58,618 nucleotides of DNA from Candidatus Finniella inopinata (GTDB lineage Bacteria > Pseudomonadota > Alphaproteobacteria > Paracaedibacterales > VGCI01): NCBI GenBank assembly GCA_945877185.1, contig CAMCRD010000002.1, positions 1 through 58,618 on the forward strand, in the 5' to 3' direction. Numbering within the stretch: the first letter of the stretch is position 1; the number at the start of each line of letters is the position of its first letter. Shown in pieces: positions 8,207-16,822 of this stretch. The notes beneath the pieces are model-generated. The model saw only the letters and a program-made list of their open reading frames with translations. It searched no databases and had not been told where the DNA came from. The translations under genes and the position numbers were made by a program.

Positions 8207-9076
8207 ATGAAATCCATATTTATACCTATGGCCCTATTATTAACCACCATTGCGACCAGTTCCGTCACAGCAGCGGAAGCGGAAGACATCTCCTTTTTAT
8301 CTATACCACATGAAATAAAGGCTGAAATCGGCGTCTTATTGGACATCCCAAACCTTAAAAATTATGGCGAAACCAGTAAAGATTGTAATGAAGCTATGAA
8401 AGGGGCATTAAGAATTCATACAGCACGCGTATCGGCTTCCCAATTGACAGCAGAGAATATCGTAATCTTAAGAAGATTTGGGACCCTTGACCTTCAAGTT
8501 GATAATGCCAATGATAACACCATGAGCTGCATTGGCCAGCTGACAAACCTTAAGATACTTAATTTGAGTAATTCACAAGTCACGGATGCTGGGCTGCTGC
8601 ATCTTCAAAACTTACAAAATCTTCAGACGCTTTATCTGAATAACCTGCCAATCACAGATAATGGATTGCAGTGTGTGCAAAACTTAACAAATCTTGTGGG
8701 GCTTGACCTTATTGGGACACAAGTCACGGATGCTGGGCTGCCGCATCTTCAAAACTTACTAAAGCTTGAGTGGCTTGGCTTAGGGATAACGCAAGTCACA
8801 GATACTGGGCTACCATGTGTGCAACACTTACCAAAGCTTAATTCGCTTGGTTTGGAGAGCACCCAAGTTACGGATGCTGGGCTGCAATATCTTCCCAATG
8901 TTAGTGAGCTTTTTCTGGTAAACACGCAAATCACGGATGCTGGGCTGCCGTATCTTCATACCTTACAAAATCTTACGACCCTTAACGTGCGTGGAACACA
9001 GGTTACAGCTGCTGGGATTGTTACTCTCAAGCAACATCTTACAAATCAAGCGAAGGTGATTTCAGATCTCCCTTAA
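8207..9076 (+). CDS. Leucine-rich repeat protein with N-terminal leader and F-box-like motif (FBXL-like architecture)
   Basis: Start moved to the ATG at 8207 (RBS agagga 6 nt upstream; leader MKSIFIPMALLLTTIATSSVTA|AEA). Residues ~30-64, FLSIPHEIKAEIGVLLDIPNLKNYGETSKDCNEAM, are F-box-like. About 8 LRRs of 24-25 aa follow with the pattern L..L.L..TQVTDAGLP.LQNL. Confidence 0.8.
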   Translation: MKSIFIPMALLLTTIATSSVTAAEAEDISFLSIPHEIKAEIGVLLDIPNLKNYGETSKDCNEAMKGALRIHTARVSASQLTAENIVILRRFGTLDLQVDNANDNTMSCIGQLTNLKILNLSNSQVTDAGLLHLQNLQNLQTLYLNNLPITDNGLQCVQNLTNLVGLDLIGTQVTDAGLPHLQNLLKLEWLGLGITQVTDTGLPCVQHLPKLNSLGLESTQVTDAGLQYLPNVSELFLVNTQITDAGLPYLHTLQNLTTLNVRGTQVTAAGIVTLKQHLTNQAKVISDLP

Positions 9077-9100
9077 CCGGCTCAAAAACGGGTATTCTCT

Positions 9101-9127
9101 GAGCCGATTAGAGAGCTTAATCGGCTC
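9101..9127. terminator. Perfect 10-bp-stem hairpin between convergent genes (gagccgatta / taatcggctc)
   Basis: Inverted repeat read directly from the sequence. It lies between the stop of the LRR gene (9076) and the stop of the P-type ATPase gene (9160). There is no clear U-tract on either strand. Confidence 0.3.
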
Positions 9128-9159
9128 AAGGGGAAATTATAAGCAGCTATAGACCGCAG

Positions 9160-11070
9160 TTACCCCTCCATGTCCGTCTTTATTTTTTCTCCAAAAGTAA
9201 GACGAAGGGCATTAAAGATCGCGAGCATATCGATGCCTTCTTGAAGAAGCGCACCAGCCACAGGTGTGATGAATCCAGCAGCGGCAAATCCCATCCCAAT
9301 AAGGCTTAAAACCATGCCCCCAACCGCGCTTTGGAGGGCTATTTTTCGGGATAGGTAACTCATGTGGATCAGTTGGTCTACTTTTAGCAACGTGCGATCC
9401 ATCACAACGACCCCAGCAGCTTCTGCTGTTATATTACTTTCTTTTCCAAAGGCAACACCAACGGTGGCTAGCGTCAAGGCAGGGGCATCATTAATGCCAT
9501 CCCCCACAAAAAGTGTGGGCGCTTTTGCAACTTCTTGGCGCATAATGTCCAGTTTTTGTTCCGGGCTTTGAGAAAAGAATATCTCATGGATCCCAAGCAA
9601 TTCCCCAAGGTATTTAACTTCTGATTCTTTATCGCCGGATACGAGAAGAATGCGGTTAAACTTATGGGAGGGTCTCAAGTGACGGATAAAAGATGCCCCC
9701 TCTTTTCGAGGGGTATCATGGAAGTGAAAGGCGCCTGCATAACGATCATTCACCATAACAATACACTCCATACCCGAATTGAGGGGAGGCAGAAGGGTTG
9801 TGGCTTCTGGGAATTCTTGTACCAGCTTCTTGCGGTGGGTAATCTGAACTTTTTGCCCGTCAATGGTGCCCGTTAACCCATATCCCGATTTTTCTGAGAT
9901 ATTTTTGGCTTTGAGTAAGGCAAGTTGGGCTTTCTTAGCGGCTTTTAGAAACCCTTGAGCTAAGGGATGTTTGGAGTATTGTTCAAGACTGGAGGCCAAT
10001 TGAAGGACATGGTTTGGGGTGAGGCCTGGTGCGGTAAATATGGTCGTAAGTTCAGGTTTTCCATAGGTTAACGTCCCTGTCTTATCAAAAATCGCTGTTC
10101 GACAAGTCGGAAGTCGTTCTAAAGCTACAGGGTCTTTAATGATAATCCCTTGCCGCGCGGCCATAGAAATCGCACTTATGATGGTAATGGGGATCGCAAT
10201 CAATAAGGGGCAAGGGGTGGCAATCACCAAGACGGAAAGGAATCGCAAAGGTTCGCCCGTGAGAGCCCAAGCAATCCCGGCACATACCAGGGAAATAGGC
10301 ACAAAAATAGCGCCAAGCTGGTCCCCCAGACGGCGTAAAGCAGGTCGTTTTTGTTGGCTTTCTGTCATCACGTCAATAATTTTGCTATATCGAGAATCCG
10401 CGGGCAATTTTTCCGCCTTCACGACCAATAGGGTTTCTCCATTAATGGCGCCTGAAAGGACAGTTGTTCCGGGCGCTTTGGCCACTTGATAGGGTTCGCC
10501 GGTTAGGTAAGACTCATCCATTGTACCCTGTCCCTCTTCAACCACACCATCAATCGGACAGACTTCATGGGGAAGGACAACGATCGCATCGCCAATTTGA
10601 ATGTCAGTAAGGTTAATATCGCGTAAAACCTCTCCCTCTTTTAAATGGGCCGTGGTCGGCATGCGATCAGCTAAAGCCTTCAGGACAGAAGATGCTTTTC
10701 CCAAAGCATAACCTTCAAGGGTCTGGCCACTAGAGAGCATAAGGATGATTAAGGTCGCTGCCAGATATTGATCTAAGAGAGTTGCGGAAACCAAGGCAAG
10801 GGCGGCCAATATATCCGCCCCGAAATCCCTTTTTATGATTTTTAAGAAAATTCCCCTTAACAAGGGAACGCCCCCACCCCCAATAACGAAAAAGAGGGGG
10901 ATGTCCTGGATTTGGACATTTCCTAAGGGAGGAAAAGCCATAACTTTGAGGAAAAGATGCACAACAATCATCAGAATCGATAGGAACACAAGAGTTACTT
11001 GCCACCGTGAACCTAAGGAGAGAAGATTTCGCAGCTGGATCATTGATATTTCCCCAAAATTGGGTGGCAT
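9160..11070 (-). CDS. Heavy-metal translocating P-type ATPase (P1B class, TPCP membrane motif), no N-terminal metal-binding domain
   Basis: Motifs TGEP, DKTGTLT, HPLA, GDGINDAPAL, the TM motif IATPCPLL and the C-terminal LLQEGIDMLAIFNALRL. Alternative start at M10 (11043). Confidence 0.88.
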   Translation of the reverse strand: MPPNFGEISMIQLRNLLSLGSRWQVTLVFLSILMIVVHLFLKVMAFPPLGNVQIQDIPLFFVIGGGGVPLLRGIFLKIIKRDFGADILAALALVSATLLDQYLAATLIILMLSSGQTLEGYALGKASSVLKALADRMPTTAHLKEGEVLRDINLTDIQIGDAIVVLPHEVCPIDGVVEEGQGTMDESYLTGEPYQVAKAPGTTVLSGAINGETLLVVKAEKLPADSRYSKIIDVMTESQQKRPALRRLGDQLGAIFVPISLVCAGIAWALTGEPLRFLSVLVIATPCPLLIAIPITIISAISMAARQGIIIKDPVALERLPTCRTAIFDKTGTLTYGKPELTTIFTAPGLTPNHVLQLASSLEQYSKHPLAQGFLKAAKKAQLALLKAKNISEKSGYGLTGTIDGQKVQITHRKKLVQEFPEATTLLPPLNSGMECIVMVNDRYAGAFHFHDTPRKEGASFIRHLRPSHKFNRILLVSGDKESEVKYLGELLGIHEIFFSQSPEQKLDIMRQEVAKAPTLFVGDGINDAPALTLATVGVAFGKESNITAEAAGVVVMDRTLLKVDQLIHMSYLSRKIALQSAVGGMVLSLIGMGFAAAGFITPVAGALLQEGIDMLAIFNALRLTFGEKIKTDMEG

Positions 11071-11289
11071 GTCCTGTCATGAGAATACCAAAAAATGGGC
11101 AAAACATCTTTAACTAATGTGTTCATGCTTTCTATCCCATAATATGTTGCCCCTTAACCAGATGTTTACGCTCTTTCCCTTAAGATAGGAGAGATAGGCA
11201 TTTCAAGAAAGAATGTTGGGGGCAACCTTTAAACAGATAAGTTCCTTCCTTCATTTTACATTATCCTATCCAACAATTTGTGAGGAAAA

Positions 11290-12168
11290 ATGAAACAATT
11301 TTCAGCCGGGGTTCATACGAAGCAAGCAGATTTGGATTATATCCGTCAGCTAATGGATCAGCCTCTTCTCAAAAGGGATGAAGAGCACGATCTTGCCCTT
11401 GCGTGGCATGATCAGCATGACGAAAAGGCGCTGCATCAATTGGTTCAGGCGTATATGCGATTGGTGGTCAGTACGGCTGTCCGCTTCCGCCATTATGGCA
11501 TTCCCTTATCCGATCTCATTCAAGAAGGTAATTTAGGGCTGATGTACGCGGCTGAGCGTTTTGAACCTGAGCGTGAGGTGCGTTTTTCGACCTATGCGCG
11601 GTGGTGGATACGGTCCCATATTCAAGAATATATCTTGCGGAACTGGTCCATTGTTCGCACAGGGTCAACGTCAGCCCAAAAGCAGTTGTTCTTTAATTTA
11701 CGCCGTCTCAAAGCTCAATTATCGAAAATGAGTACGGATCAAATGACGATGGAAGAGCAGGATCATGTTGCCGAAACCTTACAAGTTTCCCGTCACGAGG
11801 TCGAGGATATGGAAAATCGACTCTCTTCTCACGACCTATCGTTAAGTAACCCCATGAATGAAAATGGGGGCGATGATTGGGTGGATTCTTTAGCAGATCA
11901 AAAACTAGACCCTGAAGCTTCTGCTGTGAATACGCTTGATGAAAGCATTCGCCGGTTATGGATCCAAGGAGCAATGCATTATTTAAGTCCCCGGGAGCGG
12001 ATGATCATTACCGTTCGTCGTTTGGCGGATCATCCCACAACATTGGAAGATATTGGTAAACAACTGAAGATTAGTAAAGAACGGGTGCGTCAGTTGGAAG
12101 TTCGGGCTATCCGTAAGATGCGGCACCATTTGTTGCATAATATACAAGACCTGAAAGAAATGTTGTAA
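11290..12168 (+). CDS. rpoH: RNA polymerase sigma-32 (heat-shock) factor
   Basis: Sigma-70 regions 2-4 (DLIQEGNLGLMYAAERFEP..., STYARWWIR) plus the RpoH box QKQLFFNLRRLK. Confidence 0.9.
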   Translation: MKQFSAGVHTKQADLDYIRQLMDQPLLKRDEEHDLALAWHDQHDEKALHQLVQAYMRLVVSTAVRFRHYGIPLSDLIQEGNLGLMYAAERFEPEREVRFSTYARWWIRSHIQEYILRNWSIVRTGSTSAQKQLFFNLRRLKAQLSKMSTDQMTMEEQDHVAETLQVSRHEVEDMENRLSSHDLSLSNPMNENGGDDWVDSLADQKLDPEASAVNTLDESIRRLWIQGAMHYLSPRERMIITVRRLADHPTTLEDIGKQLKISKERVRQLEVRAIRKMRHHLLHNIQDLKEML

Positions 12169-12213
12169 TTGAGGCGGCTGCTTTGATGAAATATACAATG
12201 AGTAGAGGAAACA

Positions 12214-13056
12214 ATGCATAAAGGGGATGCCATAAAAGTCACATTTTGGGGCGTGCGGGGCAGTTATCCTCAATGTAAAACGGATTATGCAAAAGTAGGG
12301 GGCCATACCAGTTGCGTCAGTTTAGAGGTTGATGATCAATACCTGATTTTTGATGCAGGAACGGGGATCATCGATGCAGGTGATGAGGTTTTAAAACGAG
12401 GCTTGAAAAAGGCGACTCTGCTCATTTCACACGTCCATGCGGATCACATTAGCGGCTTCGCATTTTTTAAACCACTCCATTCCTCAGATTTTGACTTAAC
12501 GATTATTGCAAGTGGGTTGTTGTCGAGGGAGGGAGACCTTGGGGGTATTGAATCCACTCTTAGCAAAGCAATATCACCTCCTTATTTTCCCGTTCCGTGG
12601 AACCAGATTGCGTGTAAAAGAACCTGTATTGACGTCCCGACGGGGGCGCAGTTTTCCGTAAATCATCTGAAAATTACAACGATGGCTTTGGATCATCCGG
12701 GGGGAAGTTCTGGTTATCGGGTTGAAGTCGGCGATAAGTCTGTTTGCTATATTACAGATACGGCCCATATTCCTGGTGAACTTAATCATGAGTTGGTTGA
12801 ATTCATTCAACGCACAGACTTATTGATTTATGATGCGGCCTTTACAGAAGAAGAGTTTGCGGCTAAACCCACTTGGGGTCATTCAACATGGAACCAAGCG
12901 GTAGCCCTTGCTAAGGCGGCCGCCATTCGAGACCTTGCCCTTTTCCACCATAACCCCGATCATGATGATGCGTTTATGGCGGACATTGAAACCCAAGCCC
13001 AAGAACATTTTTCACGCGCCTTTGTTGCTTGCCAGGGGATGATAAGGATTGTGTGA
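12214..13056 (+). CDS. MBL-fold metallo-hydrolase
   Basis: Metallo-beta-lactamase motif SHVHADHISG, followed by later His/Asp ligands (LDHPGG, YITDTAH, FHHNPDH). Confidence 0.85.
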   Translation: MHKGDAIKVTFWGVRGSYPQCKTDYAKVGGHTSCVSLEVDDQYLIFDAGTGIIDAGDEVLKRGLKKATLLISHVHADHISGFAFFKPLHSSDFDLTIIASGLLSREGDLGGIESTLSKAISPPYFPVPWNQIACKRTCIDVPTGAQFSVNHLKITTMALDHPGGSSGYRVEVGDKSVCYITDTAHIPGELNHELVEFIQRTDLLIYDAAFTEEEFAAKPTWGHSTWNQAVALAKAAAIRDLALFHHNPDHDDAFMADIETQAQEHFSRAFVACQGMIRIV

Positions 13057-13097
13057 GTGTAGAAGGATAGGAGTGTCACGTTTGAAGGTAAGAACAG

Positions 13098-13136
13098 ACA
13101 TGCTGACGCTAACGAAACGCCAGCATGTATTCTTTT
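13098..13136 (+). terminator. Putative rho-independent terminator after the MBL hydrolase gene
   Basis: Stem acatgctgacg / cgccagcatgt (1 mismatch), followed by attctttt. It overlaps the stop of the convergent MFS gene. Confidence 0.45.
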
Positions 13137-14418
13137 AGGCAGATGCTTCTTCTCTGTCATACATGCGGATAAACCGTAAAGCAATGAGCGAGATAATGGC
13201 AATTCCTGTCAAATAAAACGCAGGTACCATTTTAGAGCCTGTTTTATCAATAAGGTACGTGACAATCACGCCGACTGTTCCCCCAAATAAAGGACCGCTG
13301 ATATTGGTCGTAATGGCAATTGCGGAGAAGCGAATCGCTGTTGGAAAGGCTTCGACCATCATCGCAGCAGTCGGCCCAAAATATCCACCTGCGGCGATGG
13401 CAAATATAAGCTGTGCCCAAAAAATGGTCATCATGTCCGTCGTGTTACTCATGATGTTAAACAAAGGGATTGTTCCAACAATAAAGATCATGGCAGCCGC
13501 TGCCATAACAGTTTTACGGCCGATCTTATCCGATAGCCAAGCGCCCAAAACGGTGAAGACACACACTAAAAACAGATTAATGGTATTAATGGTAAAGGCC
13601 ACGCTTTCTGTTAAATGAAGCTGTGTCGTCATAAAAGTTGGCATATAGGTGAAGAGCATGTAGAAGCTTAAATCATGTAAGATGACAGCCAGCACAACGA
13701 TGGAAAGTGTTTTTCCATGTTTTGCAAAGACTTGCTTCACGGGGTGCTGAGATACTTTTCCAGACTCCTGAATTCCCACATATTCTGGGGATTCTGGGAT
13801 TTGCTGGCGTAAATAATAACCAACGAAGCAGATAAAGATACCCAGCAAAAATGGGATACGCCATCCCCAAGTATTCAAAGCTTCTTCGCCCAAGGCGTAA
13901 GAAAACAGCATTGCTGTAGCGGAACCTAATAAAATGCCTACCAAACAACTGGTAATGGCAAAGCTACCAATGAGCCCCCGATGTTTGGGATCAGAGTGTT
14001 CGGTTGTAAAGGTAATAGACCCACCATAATTACCCCCCATGGAGAATCCTTGAAACATCCTCATAATAATCAACAAAATTGAGGCTGAAATCCCAATTTC
14101 TTCATAAGTGGGGAGCAATCCAATAACGGCTGTCGGGATCGCCATCATCCAGATGGTTAAAACGAGGGCCTGTTTGCGTCCCACTTTATCCCCGATATGG
14201 CCGAAGATAATGCCGCCGAGGGGTCGAACAAAGAATCCAACAGCGAAAACGCCGAAAGCTTTGATAAGCTCCGTCGTTTCATCTGCGGAGGGAAAGAACA
14301 GTTTTCCAATAATTGGTGCAAAATAAGCAAATAAAATAAAATCGTAAAACTCAAATAGGTTGCCCATCATGCTGGTAACAACCGTACGAACTAAGGGTTT
14401 AGACATCACACGCTCCAA
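13135..14418 (-). CDS. MFS transporter, metabolite:H+ symporter family (ProP-like)
   Basis: 12-TM profile. The N-terminal motif GGIIFGHIGDKVGRK is typical of MHS/ProP-type transporters. Confidence 0.85.
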   Translation of the reverse strand: MERVMSKPLVRTVVTSMMGNLFEFYDFILFAYFAPIIGKLFFPSADETTELIKAFGVFAVGFFVRPLGGIIFGHIGDKVGRKQALVLTIWMMAIPTAVIGLLPTYEEIGISASILLIIMRMFQGFSMGGNYGGSITFTTEHSDPKHRGLIGSFAITSCLVGILLGSATAMLFSYALGEEALNTWGWRIPFLLGIFICFVGYYLRQQIPESPEYVGIQESGKVSQHPVKQVFAKHGKTLSIVVLAVILHDLSFYMLFTYMPTFMTTQLHLTESVAFTINTINLFLVCVFTVLGAWLSDKIGRKTVMAAAAMIFIVGTIPLFNIMSNTTDMMTIFWAQLIFAIAAGGYFGPTAAMMVEAFPTAIRFSAIAITTNISGPLFGGTVGVIVTYLIDKTGSKMVPAFYLTGIAIISLIALRFIRMYDREEASA

Positions 14419-14864
14419 ATAGTATCCTCATTAAAAAGGATAACATTAACTTTAGGTTAAATTAGGTTTGATAAATAAAGAAGATAAAAAGAATAGTGTC
14501 GACATCAGCCGACGAGTCGAAGAGCGAGGATAGCAAAGTTAGAAATACGAACAGTCATAAAATTCCCGATCATTAATATCAAGCGATCTTTAACATAAAA
14601 AATTGGACGGTGTCTAGTTTTTTGTAAGGCTCTATGCCTTTTATGCAGGGTCTTTTAGTTCTTCTAAGCTCTTTAGAAGTTAAATTTTCCACATTTATTA
14701 GCCTTAAGATTCGTTTAGAATATGCAATCTTACCATTTTACTTTTACTTTTTTATCAAAGGGTTCACTCATAATACCTAACTCTTAAACAGAGGGAAGGC
14801 TTGCGTATTCTCTGCCGTTTTCTAATGGCTGCACATAAGCTTTTGGAACCCCAAATAGCAAAGG

Positions 14865-15299
14865 CTACTTGGCTAATGAAGTTCTACTGAAATGTGTCGT
14901 TATAGAGTAATCTTTATTTGGTCCTAAGACACGATAAAATGTAAATAATCTGTCGTGTGACTGAATCCAAAAATCCAATATATATTGGTCATTATTGCAT
15001 TGATGCATGTGGTTTAAATGTATAGGGAAACCCCTTTTTTTTGTAAGGTTAAACTTGTGTAAGAGGTCTCCAGCACTTTTGAATATAGAAAGCTGGTTCT
15101 CATGAATAACAAATAGTTGATGTTGATAAAATGCTTGCTCATTTCCCTCCCAAATGTAAGAACCTTCTTCGTGATAATGCTTTAGGTGATGAGAATGGCT
15201 TTTAAAATTTGCGTTGCCTCTCATATCAATTTTGGGCGAGGAAACATAGCGACTAAAGATATAATGGCCTGTAAATATTGAAGAAAATAGGGAGATCAT
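14865..15299 (-). CDS. Hypothetical protein (144 aa), possibly DUF6314/lipocalin-like
   Basis: ORF track. AT-rich gene in an AT-rich intergenic setting. The block HQCNNDQYILDFW...YRVLGPNKDYSITTHFSR recalls DUF6314. That assignment is from memory only. Confidence 0.45.
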   Translation of the reverse strand: MISLFSSIFTGHYIFSRYVSSPKIDMRGNANFKSHSHHLKHYHEEGSYIWEGNEQAFYQHQLFVIHENQLSIFKSAGDLLHKFNLTKKRGFPIHLNHMHQCNNDQYILDFWIQSHDRLFTFYRVLGPNKDYSITTHFSRTSLAK

Positions 15300-15496
15300 A
15301 ACGTTTTACCTGTCCTGCATTGAGAATAAAGACCTCTATTCTTCTTTTAAGGATTGGCATTTTAAATGACTTTTGGCAACCCCTTCTTCCCAGAAAAACA
15401 AGGGAGTTTTTAATTACCTATAAAGTCTTGCTATACAACCTTAGGAAATTTATGATAGCTTGAGATCGTTAACCAATAAATATAAAAGAGGTTACC

Positions 15497-16063
15497 ATGC
15501 TTCAAAAAAACCAACTTTTAGGTTCTTCTTATCCGTATGTGATAGATATCAGCATTGTCGTTCTTGGTGTGGCCTTACTTTTCGGGTGCTCACAAATTGC
15601 AATTCCAATTCAACCTGTGCCTATTACTCTACAAACTATTGGGGTAATATTTATCATTTTGACCTACGATACCAAAAAGGCCGTACAGACAATACTAGCT
15701 TATGTATTATTGGGAGCTTTGGGTGCCCCCATGTTTTCTGGTTATAGGGGCGGACTCGCTGTTATTTTAGGGCCAACAGGGGGATATATCCTTGGTTTTA
15801 TCCTTGCAACACTTGTAGCGATACCCTTTAAAAAACGGCTTGACTCTTATAGCTCAATTCTTAAAGCATTTGTTCTCTCTACTATTATAACCTTTGTCAT
15901 TATGATCAGTGGGTTGTTTTGGCTGAGTTATCAAGTGGGTCTCACCAAGGCTCTTGAAGTTGGTTTTATCCCTTTTATTATTCCAGGCCTCTTCAAGTCA
16001 GGTATTTTAAGCTTGGTTCTACGAGGCATCGGTTATCTTAAAAAAAGGGCAATAAAGATTTAA
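15497..16063 (+). CDS. bioY: Biotin transporter BioY (ECF S-component type)
   Basis: The blocks IPIQPVPITLQT and LLGALGAPMFSGYRGGLAVILGPTGGYILGF are BioY hallmarks. RBS aaagagg is upstream. No bioMN genes are adjacent. Confidence 0.85.
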   Translation: MLQKNQLLGSSYPYVIDISIVVLGVALLFGCSQIAIPIQPVPITLQTIGVIFIILTYDTKKAVQTILAYVLLGALGAPMFSGYRGGLAVILGPTGGYILGFILATLVAIPFKKRLDSYSSILKAFVLSTIITFVIMISGLFWLSYQVGLTKALEVGFIPFIIPGLFKSGILSLVLRGIGYLKKRAIKI

Positions 16064-16146
16064 AGTTCTTAAAGACGGTTCGTTTCTTGTAGTTCTCTAT
16101 AATGAGTTCAAGAATTTCTCTAGGAAATCTTGAGCCTAAGAAGATC

Positions 16147-16611
16147 TTATTTATCGACATTGAGCCTGAAGACATCGATGTGCTCTAATTTCTTAGCACC
16201 TATTTTTTGATAAAAATTTTGACCATGGCTATTAGTTTTCACGCACCACAGCTCTATTCTTGAAATATGGGATTGGCGGGCAATTTTGGTAATTTCTTTG
16301 AGGAGGTTTTTAGCAATATTCTGTCTTCTATATTTTGGATGGACGTATAAATCATCTATATAAATCAGAGGTGTTGAATTCATCGGCCTACTTGTATTCG
16401 CAAAACTGTAGAAGCATATCCCAATTATTTCTGTATCTTTTGCGGCAACAAGACCATCCCAATCTGCGTTTGGGGCAAATAGTTCTTGCTCCATATGCTC
16501 TAAGGTAAGTTTAAGCGGGTTTCCTATATTTTCATGGCGGACAAGATCGTTTAATAGGCCATAAGCTTGGGGTAGGTCTTGAATTTCGATAGGCCTAATA
16601 ATATGGGTCAT
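16147..16611 (-). CDS. GNAT family N-acetyltransferase
   Basis: Acetyl-CoA binding motif LYVHPKYRRQNIAKNLL, followed by NSHGQNFYQKIGA. Confidence 0.85.
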   Translation of the reverse strand: MTHIIRPIEIQDLPQAYGLLNDLVRHENIGNPLKLTLEHMEQELFAPNADWDGLVAAKDTEIIGICFYSFANTSRPMNSTPLIYIDDLYVHPKYRRQNIAKNLLKEITKIARQSHISRIELWCVKTNSHGQNFYQKIGAKKLEHIDVFRLNVDK

Positions 16612-16628
16612 TTAAATAACCTCTTCTT

Positions 16629-16808
16629 AGGGCTTGAGAAAGAATAAGTTAAAGTTTCTTCTTCGATTTTTGAGCCATCTGCAGCGTGATTTTTGCGCTT
16701 CCGGTACGCGCGTAGGCTAGTTATGCTTGCGTTCCGGTTCTCAAAATCACTTGCACCTGACTCAAAAATTTCTTGAATAAACATTTAACTTATTCTTTCT
16801 CAAGCCCT
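16629..16808. repeat. 180-bp palindromic intergenic element with 25-bp perfect terminal inverted repeats
   Basis: agggcttgagaaagaataagttaaa (16629-16653) is the exact reverse complement of tttaacttattctttctcaagccct (16784-16808). The interior is also an imperfect palindrome (cgatttttgagcca.ctgcagcgtgattttt vs aaaatcacttgcacctgactcaaaaatt). Confidence 0.75.
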
Positions 16809-16822
16809 TACTTACTTTTGAA

